Source: Eledone cirrhosa
Lineage: Eukaryota
Direction: 5' to 3'
DNA length: 64,000 nucleotides
Assembly (NCBI GenBank): GCA_964016885.1
Contig: OZ024743.1
Location: 324,384,001 to 324,448,000, forward strand
The position numbers were made by a program, and so were the translations under genes. This document shows, piece after piece, positions 1 through 15,239 of the stretch. Position 1 is the first letter of the stretch, and every line of letters starts with the position of its first letter. The notes beneath the pieces are model-generated. The model saw only the letters and a list, made by a program, of their open reading frames with translations, was not told the origin of the DNA and ran no database searches.

Positions 1-3000
1 TGTCATGTATTATGACATATCACCAGTCAGCTCAGTCCTATGTCATATATTATGACATATCACCAGTCACCTCAGTCCTGTGTCATATATTATGACATAT
101 CACCAGTCAGCTCAGTCCTATGTCATATATTATGACATATCACAAGTCAGCTCAGTCCTGTGTCATATATTATGACATATCACAAGTCAGCTCAGTCGTG
201 TTGCATATATTATGACATATCACCACTCAGCTCAGTCCCGTGTCATATATTATGACATATCACCAGCCAGCTCTGTCCTATGTCATATAATATGACATAT
301 CACCAGCCAGCTCTGTCCTGTTTCATATATTATGACATATCACCAGTCAGCTCAGTCCTGTGTCATATATTATGACATAATATATGACACAGGACGTATC
401 ACCAGTCAGCTCAGTCCTATGTCATATATTATGACATATCACCAGCTAGCTCAGTCCTGTGTCATATATTATGTCATATCACCAGTCAGCTCAGTCCTGT
501 GTCATATATTATGACATATCACCAGTCAGCTCAGTCCTATGTCATATATTATGACATATCACAAGTCAGCTCAGTCCTGTGTCATATATTATGACATATC
601 ACAAGTCAGCTCAGTCCTGTTGCATATATTATGACATATCACCAGTCAGCTCAGTCCCGTGTCATATATTATGACATATCACCAGCCAGCTCTGTCCTAT
701 GTCATATAATATGACATATCACCAGCCAGCTCTGTCCTGTTTCATATATTATGACATATCACCAGTCAGCTCAGTCCTGTGTCATATATTATGACATAAT
801 ATATGACACAGGACGTATCACCAGTCAGCTCAGTCCTATGTCATATATTATGACATATCACCAGCTAGCTCAGTCCTGTGTCATATATTATGTCATATCA
901 CCAGTCAGCTCAGTCCTGTGTCATATATTATGACATATCACCAGTCAGCTCAGTCCTATGTCATATATTATGACATATCACCAGTCAGCTCAGTTCTATG
1001 TCATATATTATGACATATCACAAGTCAGCTCAGTCCTGTGTCCTGTATTATGATATATCACCAGTCAGCTCAGTCCTATGTCATATAGTATGACATATCA
1101 CAAGTCAGCTCAGTCCTATGTCATATATTATGACATATCACCAGTCAGCTCAGTTCTATGTCATATATTATGACATATCACCAGTCAGCTCAGTCCTGTG
1201 TCATGTATTATGACATATCACCAGTCAACTCAGTCCAGTGTCATATATTATAACATATCACCTGTCAGCTCAGTCCTGTGTCATATATTATGACATATCA
1301 CCAGTCAGCTCAGTCCTATGTCATATATTATGACATATCACCAGTCAGCTCAGTCCTATGTTATATATTATGACATATCACCAGTCAGCTCAGTTCTATG
1401 TCATATATTATGACATATCACCAGTCAGCTCAGTCCTGTGTCATATATTATGACATATCAACAGTCAGCTCAGTCCAGTGTCATATATTATGACATATCA
1501 CCAGTCAGCTCAGTTCTGTGTCATATATTATGACATATCACCAGTCAGCTCAGTCCTGTGTCATGTATTATGACATATCACCAGTCAGCTCAGTCCTATA
1601 TCATGTATTATGACATATCACCAGTCAGCTCAGTTCTATGTCATATAGTATGACATATCACCTGTCAGCTCAGTCCTGTGTCATATATTATGACATATCA
1701 CCCCTCAGCCCAGTCCTGTGTCATATAGTATGACATATCACCAGTCAGCTTACTCCTGTGTCATATATTATGACACATCACCAGTCAGATCAGTCCTGTG
1801 TCATATATTATGTAATTTTACCAGTCAGCTCAGTCCTGTGTCATATATTATGACATATTACCAGTCAGCTCAGTTCTATGTCCTATATTATGATATATCA
1901 CCATGCAGCTCAGTCCTGTGTCATATATTATGACATATCACCAGTCAACTCAGTCCTATGTCATATATTATGACATATCACCAGTCAGCTCAGTCCTGTG
2001 TCATATATTATGACATATCACCAGTCAGCTCAGTCCTGTGTCCTTTATTATGACATATCACCAGTCAGCTCAGTCCTATGTCATATAGTATGACATATCA
2101 CCAGTCACCTCAGTCATGTGTCATATATTATGACATATCACCAGTCAGCTCAGTCCTATGTCATATAGTATGACATATCACCAGTCACCTCAGTCGTGTG
2201 TCATATATTATGACATATCACCAGTCAGCTCAGTCCTATGTCATATAGTATGACATATCACCAGTCACCTCAGTCGTGTGTCATATATTATGACATATCA
2301 CCTGTCAGCTCAGTCCGGTGTCATATATTATGACATATCACCTGTCAGCTCAGTCCTGTGTCATATATTATGATATATCACCTGTCAGCTCAGTCCTGTG
2401 TCATATATTATGACATATCACCAGTCAGCTCAGTCCTGTGTCATATATTATGACATATCACCTGTCAGCTCAGTCCTGTGTGACATATTATGACATATCA
2501 CCAGTCAGCTCAGTCCTATGTCATATATTATGACACATCACCAGTCAGCTCAGTCCTGTGTCATATATTATGACACATCACCATTCAGCTCAGTCCTATG
2601 TCATATATTATGACATATCACCAGCCAGCTCAGTTCTATGTCATATATTATGACATATCACCAGTCAGCTCTCCGTCCTGTGTCATATATTATGACATAT
2701 CATGAGTCAGTTCAGTCTTCTGTCATATATTTTAACATAATATATGACACAGGAGTGAGGTGAATGGTGATATGTAATAATATATGACATAGGACTGAGC
2801 TGACTGGTGATATGTCATAATACAGGACACAGGACTGAGCTGACTGGTGATATATCATAATATATGACATAGGACTGAGCTGACTGGTAATATCTCATTA
2901 TATATGACACTGGACTGAGCTGACTGGTGATATGTTATAATATATGACACTGGACTTATCACCTGTCAGCTCAGTCCTATGTCATATAGTATGACATATC

Positions 3001-6000
3001 ACAAGTCAGCTCAGTCCTGTGTCATATATTATGACATATCACCAGTCAGCTCAGTCCTGTGTCATATATTATGACATATCACAAGTCAGCTCAGTCCTGT
3101 GTCATATATTATGACATATCACCAGTCAGCTCAGTCCTGTGTCATATATTATGACATATCACAAGTCAGCTCAGTCCTGTATCATATATTATGACATATC
3201 ACAAGTCAGCTCAGTCCTATGTCATATATTATGACATATCACCTGTCACCTCAGTCCTGTGTCATATATTATGACATATCACCAGTCAGCTCAGTCCTGT
3301 GTCATATAGTATGACATATCACAAGTCAGCTCAGTCCTGTGTCATATATTATGACATATCACCAGTCAGCTCAGTCCTGTGTCATATAGTATGACATATC
3401 ACCAGTCAGCTCAGTCCTGTGTCATATATTATGACATATCACCGGTCAGCTCAGCCCTATGTCATATATTATGACATATCACCAGTCAGCTCAGCCCTAT
3501 GTCATATATTATGACATATCACCAGTCAGCTCAGTCCTGTGTAACATATTATGACATATCACCAGTCAGCTCAGTCCTGTGTCATATATTATGACATATC
3601 ACCAGTCACCTCAGTCGTGTGTCATATATTATGACATATCCCCAGTCACCTCAGTCCTGTGTCATATATTATGACATATCACCAGTCAGCTCAGTCCTGT
3701 GTCATATATTATGACATATCACCAGTCAGCTCAGTCCTATGTCATATATTATGACATATCACCAGTCAGCTCAGTCCTGTGTCATATATTATGACATATC
3801 ACCAGTCAACTCAGTCCTATGTCATATATAATGACATATTACCTGTCAGCTCAGTCCTATGTCATATATTATAACATATCACCAGTCAGCTCAGTTCTAT
3901 GTCATATATTATGACATACCACAAGTCAGCTCAGTCCTATGTCATATATTATGACATATCACAAGTCAGCTCAGTCCTATATCATATATTATGACATATC
4001 ACCAGTCAGCTCAGTCCTGTGTCCTGTATTATGACATATCACAAGTCAGCTCAGTCCTGTGTCATATATTATGACATATCACAAGTCAGCTCAGTCCTGT
4101 GTCCTGTATTATGATATATCACCAGTCAGCTCAGTCCTGTGTCATATATTATGACATATCACCACTCAGCTCAGTCCTGTGTCATATATTATGACATATC
4201 ACCAGTCACCTCAGTCCTATGTCATATATTATGACATATCACCAGTCAGCTTAGTCCTGTATCATATATTATGACATATCACCAGGCAGCTCAGTCCTGT
4301 GTCATATATTATGACATATCACCAGTCAGCTTAGTCCTGTGTCATATATTATGACATATCACCAGGCAGCTCAGTCCTGTGTCATATATTATGACATATC
4401 ACCAGTCAGCTTAGTCCTGTGTCATATATTATGACATATCACCAGTCAGCTCAGTCCTGTGTCGTATATTATGACATATCACCAGTCAGCTCAGTCCTGT
4501 GTCATATAGTATGACCTATCACCAGTCACCTCAGTCGTGTGTCATATATTATGACATATCACAAGTCAGCTCAGTTCTATGTCATATATTATGACATATC
4601 ACCAGTCAGCTCAGTTCTGTGTAATATATTATGACATATTACCAGTCAGCTCAGTTCTATGTCATATATTATGACATATCAGCACTCAGCTCAGTCCTGT
4701 GTCATATATTATGACATATCAACAGTCAGCTCAGTCCAGTGTCATATATTATGACATATCACCAGCCAGCTCAGTCCTGTGTCATATATTACGACATATC
4801 ACCGGTCAGCTCAGTCCTATGTCATGTATTATGACATATCACCAGTCAGCTCAGTCCTGTGTCATATATTATGACATATCACCAGTCACCTCAGTCGTGT
4901 GTCATATATTATGACATATCACCAGTCAGCTCAGCCCTATCTCATATATTATGACATATCACCAGTCAGCTCAGTCCTGTGTCATATAGTATGACATATC
5001 ACCAGTCAGCTCAGTCCTGTGTCATATATTATGACATATCACCGGTCAGCTCAGCCCTATGTCATATATTATGACATATCACCAGTCAGCTCAGTCCTAT
5101 GTCATATATTATGACATATCACCAGTCAGCTCAGCCCTATGTCATATATTATGACATATCACCAGTCAGCTCAGTCCTGTGTAACATATTATGACATATC
5201 ACCAGTCAGCTCAGTCCTGTGTCATATATTATGACATATCAGCAGTCACCTCAGTCGTGTGTCATATATTATGACATATCCCAGTCACCTCAGTCCTGTG
5301 TCATATATTATGACCTATCACCTGTCAGCTCAGTCCTGTGTCATATAGTATGACATATCACCAGTCAGCTCAGTCCTATGTCATATATTATGACATATCA
5401 CCAGTCAGCTCAGTCCTGTGTCATATATTATGACATATCACCATTCAACTCAGTCCTATGTCATATATAATGACATATTACCTGTCAGCTCAGTCCTATG
5501 TCATATATTATAACATATCACCAGTCAGCTCAGTTCTATGTCATATATTATGACATATCACAAGTCAGCTCAGTCCTATGTCATATATTATGACATATCA
5601 CAAGTCAGCTCAGACCTATGTCATATATTATGACATATCACCAGTCAGCTCAGTCCTGTGTCCTGTATTATGACATATCACAAGTCAGCTCAGTCCTGTG
5701 TCATATATTATGACATATCACAAGTCAGCTCAGTCCTGTGTCCTGTATTATGATATATCACCAGTCAGCTCAGTCCTGTGTCATATATTATGACATATCA
5801 CCACTCAGCTCAGTCCTGTGTCATATAGTATGACCTATCACCAGTCACCTCAGTCCTGTGTCATATAGTATGACATATCACAAGTCAGCTCAGTCCTATG
5901 TCATATATCATAACATATCACCAGTCAGCTCAGTCCTGTGTCATATATTATGACATATCACCAGTCAGCTCAGTCCTATGTCATATATTATGACATATCA

Positions 6001-9000
6001 CCAGTCAGCTTAGTCATGTGTCATATATTATGACATATCACCAGGCAGCTCAGTCTTGTGTCATATAATATGACATATCACCAGTCAGCTTAGTCCTGTG
6101 TCATATATTATGACATATCACCAGGCAGCTCAGTCCTGTGTCATATATTATGACCTATCACCAGTCAGCTTAGTCCTGTGTCATATATTATGACATATCA
6201 CCAGGCAGCTCAGTCCTGTGTCATATATTATGACCTATCACCAGTCAGCTTAGTCCTGTGTCATATATTATGACCTATCACCAGTCAGCTCAGTCCTGTG
6301 TCCTGTATTATGACATATCACCAGTCAGCTCAGTCCTGTGTCATATATTATGACATATCACCAGTCAGCTCAGTTCTGTGTAATATATTATGACATATTA
6401 CCAGTCAGCTCAGTTCTATGTCATATATTATGACATATCAGCACTCAGCTCAGTCCTGTGTCATATATTATGACATATCAACAGTCAGCTCAGTCCAGTG
6501 TCATATATTATGACATATCACCAGCCAGCTCAGTCCTGTGTCATATATTACGACATATCACCGGTCAGCTCAGTCCTATGTCATGTATTATGACATATCA
6601 CCAGTCAGCTCAGTCCTGTGTCATATATTATGACATATCACCAGTCACCTCAGTCGTGTGTCATATATTATGACATATCACCAGTCAGCTCAGCCCTATC
6701 TCATATATTATGACATATCACCAGTCAGCTCAGTCCTGTGTCATATAGTATGACATATCACCAGTCAGCTCAGTCCTGTGTCATATATTATGACATATCA
6801 CCGGTCAGCTCAGCCCTATGTCATATATTATGACATATCACCAGTCAGCTCAGTCCTATGTCATATATTATGACATATCACCAGTCAGCTCAGCCCTATG
6901 TCATATATTATGACATATCACCAGTCAGCTCAGTCCTGTGTAACATATTATGACATATCACCAGTCAGCTCAGTCCTGTGTCATATATTATGACATATCA
7001 GCAGTCACCTCAGTCGTGTGTCATATATTATGACATATCCCAGTCACCTCAGTCCTGTGTCATATATTATGACCTATCACCTGTCAGCTCAGTCCTGTGT
7101 CATATAGTATGACATATCACCAGTCAGCTCAGTCCTATGTCATATATTATGACATATCACCAGTCAGCTCAGTCCTGTGTCATATATTATGACATATCAC
7201 CATTCAACTCAGTCCTATGTCATATATAATGACATATTACCTGTCAGCTCAGTCCTATGTCATATATTATAACATATCACCAGTCAGCTCAGTTCTATGT
7301 CATATATTATGACATATCACAAGTCAGCTCAGTCCTATGTCATATATTATGACATATCACAAGTCAGCTCAGACCTATGTCATATATTATGACATATCAC
7401 CAGTCAGCTCAGTCCTGTGTCCTGTATTATGACATATCACAAGTCAGCTCAGTCCTGTGTCATATATTATGACATATCACAAGTCAGCTCAGTCCTGTGT
7501 CCTGTATTATGATATATCACCAGTCAGCTCAGTCCTGTGTCATATATTATGACATATCACCACTCAGCTCAGTCCTGTGTCATATAGTATGACCTATCAC
7601 CAGTCACCTCAGTCCTGTGTCATATAGTATGACATATCACAAGTCAGCTCAGTCCTATGTCATATATCATAACATATCACCAGTCAGCTCAGTCCTGTGT
7701 CATATATTATGACATATCACCAGTCAGCTCAGTCCTATGTCATATATTATGACATATCACCAGTCAGCTTAGTCATGTGTCATATATTATGACATATCAC
7801 CAGGCAGCTCAGTCTTGTGTCATATAATATGACATATCACCAGTCAGCTTAGTCCTGTGTCATATATTATGACATATCACCAGGCAGCTCAGTCCTGTGT
7901 CATATATTATGACCTATCACCAGTCAGCTTAGTCCTGTGTCATATATTATGACATATCACCAGGCAGCTCAGTCCTGTGTCATATATTATGACCTATCAC
8001 CAGTCAGCTTAGTCCTGTGTCATATATTATGACCTATCACCAGTCAGCTCAGTCCTGTGTCCTGTATTATGACATATCACCAGTCAGCTCAGTCCTGTGT
8101 CATATATTATGACATATCACCAGTCAGCTCAGTCCTGTGTCATATATTATGACCTATCACCAGTCAGCTCAGTCCTGTGTCCTGTATTATGACATATCAC
8201 CAGTCAGCTCAGTCCTGTGTCATATATTATGATATATCACCAGTCAGCTCAGTCCTATGTCATATAGTATGACATATCATAAGTCAGCTCAGTCCTATGT
8301 CATATATTATGACATATCACCTGTCAGCTCAGTCCTGTCATATATTATGACATATCACCAGTCAACTCAGTCCTGTGTCATGTATTATGACATATCACCA
8401 GTCAGCTCAGTCCTATGTCATATATTATGACATATCACCAGTCACCTCAGTCCTGTGTCATATATTATGACATATCACCAGTCAGCTCAGTCCTATGTCA
8501 TATATTATGACATATCACAAGTCAGCTCAGTCCTGTGTCATATATTATGACATATCACAAGTCAGCTCAGTCGTGTTGCATATATTATGACATATCACCA
8601 CTCAGTTCAGTCCCGTGTCATATATTATGACATATCACCAGCCAGCTCTGTCCTATGTCATATAATATGACATATCACCAGCCAGCTCTGTCCTGTTTCA
8701 TATATTATGACATATCACCAGTCAGCTCAGTCCTGTGTCATATATTATGACATAATATATGACACAGGACGTATCACCAGTCAGCTCAGTCCTATGTCAT
8801 ATATTATGACATATCACCAGCTAGCTCAGTCCTGTGTCATATATTATGTCATATCACCAGTCAGCTCAGTCCTGTGTCATATATTATGACATATCACCAG
8901 TCAGCTCAGTCCTATGTCATATATTATGACATATCACAAGTCAGCTCAGTCCTGTGTCATATATTATGACATATCACAAGTCAGCTCAGTCCTGTTGCAT

Positions 9001-10421
9001 ATATTATGACATATCACCAGTCAGCTCAGTCCCGTGTCATATATTATGACATATCACCAGCCAGCTCTGTCCTATGTCATATAATATGACATATCACCAG
9101 CCAGCTCTGTCCTGTTTCATATATTATGACATATCACCAGTCAGCTCAGTCCTGTGTCATATATTATGACATAATATATGACACAGGACGTATCACCAGT
9201 CAGCTCAGTCCTATGTCATATATTATGACATATCACCAGCTAGCTCAGTCCTGTGTCATATATTATGTCATATCACCAGTCAGCTCAGTCCTGTGTCATA
9301 TATTATGACATATCACCAGTCAGCTCAGTCCTATGTCATATATTATGACATATCACCAGTCAGCTCAGTTCTATGTCATATATTATGACATATCACAAGT
9401 CAGCTCAGTCCTGTGTCCTGTATTATGATATATCACCAGTCAGCTCAGTCCTATGTCATATAGTATGACATATCACAAGTCAGCTCAGTCCTATGTCATA
9501 TATTATGACATATCACCAGTCAGCTCAGTTCTATGTCATATATTATGACATATCACCAGTCAGCTCAGTCCTGTGTCATGTATTATGACATATCACCAGT
9601 CAACTCAGTCCAGTGTCATATATTATGACATATCACCTGTCAGCTCAGTCCTGTGTCATATATTATGACATATCACCAGTCAGCTCAGTCCTATGTCATA
9701 TATTATGACATATCACCAGTCAGCTCAGTCCTATGTCATATATTATGACATATCACCAGTCAGCTCAGTTCTATGTCATATATTATGACATATCACCAGT
9801 CAGCTCAGTCCTGTGTCATATATTATGACATATCAACAGTCAGCTCAGTCCAGTGTCATATATTATGACATATCACCAGTCAGCTCAGTTCTGTGTCATA
9901 TATTATGACATATCACCAGTCAGCTCAGTCCTGTGTCATGTATTATGACATATCACCAGTCAGCTCAGTCCTATATCATGTATTATGACATATCACCAGT
10001 CAGCTCAGTTCTATGTCATATAGTATGACATATCACCTGTCAGCTCAGTCCTGTGTCATATATTATGACATATCACCCCTCAGCCCAGTCCTGTGTCATA
10101 TAGTATGACATATCACCAGTCAGCTTACTCCTGTGTCATATATTATGACACATCACCAGTCAGATCAGTCCTGTGTCATATATTATGACATTTTACCAGT
10201 CAGCTCAGTCCTGTGTCATATATTATGACATATTACCAGTCAGCTCAGTTCTATGTCCTATATTATGATATATCACCATGCAGCTCAGTCCTGTGTCATA
10301 TATTATGACATATCACCAGTCAACTCAGTCCTATGTCATATATTATGACATATCACCAGTCAGCTCAGTCCTGTGTCATATATTATGACATATCACAAGT
10401 CTTGTGTCATGTATTATGACA
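1..10421. repeat. 40-bp tandem satellite array (consensus tgtcatatattatgacatatcaccagtcagctcagtcctg)
   Basis: Continuous 40-bp period, each unit containing the palindrome tgtcata-tat-tatgaca. The array is truncated by the window start. Confidence 0.98.
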
Positions 10422-10516
10422 CAGCAGGGTGTGTGTTTATGTGAATAATTTGAATGAAAAGCAGACAAAGCATAGTATAAATAGTACTACTTATCTGTTA
10501 GATCTGCAATATCTAT

Positions 10517-10702
10517 AATTGTTTCCACATTTGGCACAACGCCAGCAATTACTCAGTAAATTACTGGTACTTTATTTTATCGACCCCGTAAGGATGAAAG
10601 GCAAAGATTACCCCGGCGGGATTTGAACTCAGACCGTAAAGGGACGTAACTATGTTGGAAAGCATGGCGTCCAACACTCTCCCAATACTGCCAATTCACG
10701 CC
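10517..10702 (-). mobile_element. tRNA-derived SINE, family A
   Basis: Reverse complement of B-box gagttcaaatccc plus the ctttgcctttcatccttacggggtcgataaaataaagtaccag core seen many times in the window. Confidence 0.85.
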
Positions 10703-10814
10703 AATGTATGGACATGTAACTCCTGATAGCATCATAGTGGTGTTGTATTGACATACAGTGTCTAGGGCACTTTAAACCTGGCGGAACTTATTCTTTCTCC
10801 AGCTTTGAACACGG

Positions 10815-11014
10815 NNNNNNNNNNNNNNNNNNNNNNNNNNNNNNNNNNNNNNNNNNNNNNNNNNNNNNNNNNNNNNNNNNNNNNNNNNNNNNNNNNNNNN
10901 NNNNNNNNNNNNNNNNNNNNNNNNNNNNNNNNNNNNNNNNNNNNNNNNNNNNNNNNNNNNNNNNNNNNNNNNNNNNNNNNNNNNNNNNNNNNNNNNNNNN
11001 NNNNNNNNNNNNNN
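10815..11014. other. Assembly gap (200 N)
   Basis: Run of N. Confidence 1.
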
Positions 11015-11274
11015 ACCGGAATTCCGGTCAGCATGGCTTCATTGGAAATTTAAGACGCTGGTCTGAGACTTTTACTTCCCTCCGAAGAAGAGATATTACC
11101 TCGAAAATTAAGGACATTTAAATGAATTCAAGGTGAAAGACGAATTCTCATCAATATCTCTCACTATTGCATTCTTTTTTCTATGTCCATATCTGCATTG
11201 TCTTGGCCTTATTACACATATTCTAACGTTTATATCTCATTACACAATGCTTCAAGTGAACTATAACCTCCTCC

Positions 11275-11307
<33 letters not shown>

Positions 11308-11489
11308 AGAATTGATCCCAGCACTGGACTGGTACTTTGTTTTCAATCTCAAAAGTAATAAAGAGAAACTTAACCTCAACAGGATTTGAACCGAGGGCAC
11401 TGAGAGCTAGGACAACTGCCACCAATTCGTCACCTATCTATAACATCTCCCTAGTACTACAACCCCCTACATACACACATTAACTTTGC

Positions 11490-12220
11490 TATATATCTAC
11501 AATATACACCCATCAATCTGGTATATATCTATAATATACACCCTCTGCTCTACTATATATCTACAATATACCCCCTGGTATATATCTATAATATACACCC
11601 TCCACTCTACTATATATCTATAATATACACCCTTTACTCTACTATATATCTATAATATACACCCTCCACTCTACTATATATCTATAATATACAGCCTCCA
11701 CTCTACTATATATCTATAATATACACCCACCACTTTACAGTATATCTATAATATACACCCTTTACTCTACTATATATCTATAATATACACCCTCCACTCT
11801 ACTATATATCTATAATATACAGCCTCCACTCTACTATATATCTATAATATACACCCACCACTTTACAGTATATCTATAATATACACCCTTTACTCTACTA
11901 TATATCTATAATATACACCCTTTACTCTACTATATATCTATAATATACAGCCTCCACTCTACTAAATATCTATAATATACACCCTTTACTCTACTGTATA
12001 TCTATAATATACACCCTTTACTCTACTATATATCTATAATATACACCCTCCACTCTACTAATATATCTATAATATACAGCCTCCACTCTACTATATATCT
12101 ATAATATACACCCACCACTTAACAGTATATCTATAATATACACCCTTTACTCTACTATATATCTATAATATACACCCTTTACTCTACTATATATCTATAA
12201 TATACACCCACCACTCCATC
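11490..12220. repeat. 32-bp minisatellite (ctctactatatatctataatatacacccttta and variants)
   Basis: ctctac recurs at 11605, 11637 and onward, about 22 copies. Confidence 0.95.
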
Positions 12221-12414
12221 AGTTGTGTTATACTGGCCACATTTTAGTTTCCAAGTTTACCCAGCAGCTTTAAATATTCCAAATGACCCCTGCACCCCTT
12301 CCACCACCTTGTCTGTGTACACATTACATTTAATTACATTCATGTGCTCGGCAGGAAATTGAAATATTGCTTTCAATACATCAATGAAGCTATACTTTAT
12401 ATATTGGTTACATT

Positions 12415-13150
12415 TTAATCCTTTCCTTACTATATTTCTAATGAAAGACAGTGTCTGTGATTTTCAATAAATTTTGAAACTACACAAAAATTTGGAGCAT
12501 TTAGTAATATAACTAATTTTCTCGTTACAAGTTGTTGTTTGGAAAATAACTTAACAAATGTTCTTACATACGATTATGGCGAAACGTTTTCAGATAAATA
12601 TATGCACTTTAACCCTTTTGTTACTATATTTCTAATGAAAGGCACTGCCTATGATTTTTAAATAATTTTGAAAATAATCAAAACTTTAAGGGATTTAGTA
12701 ATAAAACTAACTTTCTCACTATCCAGTTACTAACAAAATTTCTTTCATGGAATTATGATGGAAGGTTTTTAGATAAATATTAACATTTTAAAATATACAG
12801 CTTAGTATTGTAAAATCAGAGTCAGTTTTGGGTGGTTTAGTATCAGAAGGATTAAACGACTACTTATTGAAAACATAGTATGAGTTTTGTCATACAGGAT
12901 CAGCATAAAGAATTGAAACAGAAGCTGATGAGAACATGTATCAAAATATTAATCCTTTTGATAACAAACTGCCTGAAACCTCTTCTGATTTCTATTTATT
13001 TTAAAGTGTTTATATTCATCTAAAAACGTTCCATCAAAAAGTTATATAAGAATCTGTTATGTTCCAAATACCAACTTAATACTGAGAAAATAAATCATAT
13101 TAAATCCCACAACATTCTTAATTATTTTCAAAATTATTTGAAAATCACAG
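12415..13150. mobile_element. Cluster of piggyBac-like MITE copies (two tandem, one inverted)
   Basis: TTAA-ccctttt start at ~12610 and aagga-TTAA end at ~12856. Related partial copy at ~12417 and inverted copy from ~12950. Confidence 0.5.
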
Positions 13151-13229
13151 AGGTGTCAGATATTGAAACACATCTTGGTTCTCCAGGCCATGAATAAATG
13201 CAACAGCTGACTGCCCCATGACTTATTGG

Positions 13230-13447
13230 CCCTTTAGCATTTACATTACTCTATATCTACTATTGTATTTTCAAGGTAAAGTCTTTATCTGACAATTATC
13301 TCACATAATATTGAATATATGAGAGCTTGATATTGTTTATTTTGAGAACAAACCTTAACACCAGTATCAGTGGCAGGTTACAGCCAGTTTGAACAGAAGG
13401 TGGTGAGAGAATTCTGGCTGGATACGGCCGGTTTAAATGCTAAAGGG
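13230..13447. mobile_element. piggyBac-like MITE
   Basis: TIR ccctttagcattta / taaatgctaaaggg followed by TTAA. Confidence 0.65.
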
Positions 13448-14078
13448 TTAAGTAAGCATATTTATGTATAACAAGTTGATGCACGGGAAATGAAAAAGAG
13501 AAATGAAATTTACAGCTCACATCTATGTAGGTCTAGCTGGCCCCATAAGAGGTTGCATCTCATAGCAGGTTGTAACAGATATATTAATGATAGGACCCCC
13601 AGTTCTATCATGAAAAGTAATGTGAAAGGAAGTGTCTTGCTCAAGAATAAAATACACTGCCTGGTTAAAAAATTGAACCCACAACCTTGCGATCATAACA
13701 CTAAGACCCTCTTTACTAGACCACAGATGCACACAGGAAACTGGTATTTTAATAGAGTTTTCTTTTTAGAATAACAGAGAACCATTATGTATTTAAATCT
13801 CCAATATGTATTTAAATCTCCAATTATGGGGAGTTTACATAGAATATTTAATGTCAATATTAATAACTCTGTCTATATACTTTGACTTTGCTCTCTATAT
13901 TTATGTATGTGTACATGTGTGTATGTGTATATATAATATATATATATATATGTATGTATATATATATGTATATTGTATTTGATTGGCAGTAAGACCCTCC
14001 CAAAGTACATGATATATATGTAATCACACACATATACACATGTATTTATGTATATATGTGTACATACATACACACCTA

Positions 14079-14110
<32 letters not shown>

Positions 14111-15239
14111 CACACAAACATATATCCAGAGGGAAGAAATGTGGGTGTGGAGGGAAACAACAGAGGGTGTACACTCCAAGGAAGAAGGATTGGTCATAGT
14201 GAAGCATAAGTTAAAGTGAGACAATTAGAGGTAGACCAATCATTTTAGACATAAGCCTTATGTTCACCTCTTGTAAACATATCTGCTGTCAGGACCAGTG
14301 TCTGGATATTAGCACCATCTTCTCCCAGGTATGAAAGCTGAAGAATCTAGTTTTTGACAATTCTTGCTCTGACCACACTAGAAAAATGACTAAGCCTCAA
14401 TTTTCTACTGAATACTTCACACCCACCCTTGCCAAATCGTGTTATAGGTCATAACACCATACAACCCTCTTCACCACTTTGGATATTTCCACAATGCTAC
14501 TATGTGACTGATTATTTAATGCTTACAAGAAATTGTTATATTTCACTTTAATTATTATATATGTATAAAACTGAGATCCTTTAAGGTTCAGTAATGCATC
14601 TCTCTGTGGTCTGCACCCAAGGTAACTGCTTAGTTGGCTTAAATGGTAGCGCCAGTCATGAGCATAACTAGTTTCGTGATCTTTGAATTTATTTCTTCAT
14701 TACTTTATGATTATGCTGAAGAAATTAATAAATAAAAGAAAATTAATTTTTTCTCTATTTGTAGTTGTAAAAATGGCATTCCGTTTCTGTAGAAAATCTA
14801 TAATAATATCTTGATTGATACTATTTATTATCAACATATTGAATATATCATATTAAATCAACATTATATATAGTATAATGCATATATATATATATATATA
14901 AATATATATATATATATTAACCCATGCAAGCGTGGAAGATGGACGTTAAACGATGATGATGATGATGATGATATATAAATATATATATATATATGTGTGT
15001 GTGGGTGTGTGAGAGTATGTATGTATATATGTGAAAAGTAGACAGATAAACAACACAGCGAAACAATACAGTACTATGAAGATTTATAGAGTAACTCTTG
15101 ATATAGTAGGAAAAGTGTCTTAACGTTTCAGGTGTTAGTCCTTCATTAGAAGATAGAATGAGATATAAAAGAAGAAATAGAAAGATAGACAAATGTAAGA
15201 ACAGGAAGATTTCTTAAATGGAAAATACCTCTTGTTATT

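Noticed and set aside
332-9308. Repeated 60-71 aa ORFs
   Set aside because: These are chance stop-free stretches of the satellite.
1-10421. CRISPR-like array of palindromic repeats
   Set aside because: There are no unique spacers and no cas genes. The whole 40-mer is repeated and the context is eukaryotic.
10762-11053. ORFs spanning X residues
   Set aside because: They are artefacts of the N gap.
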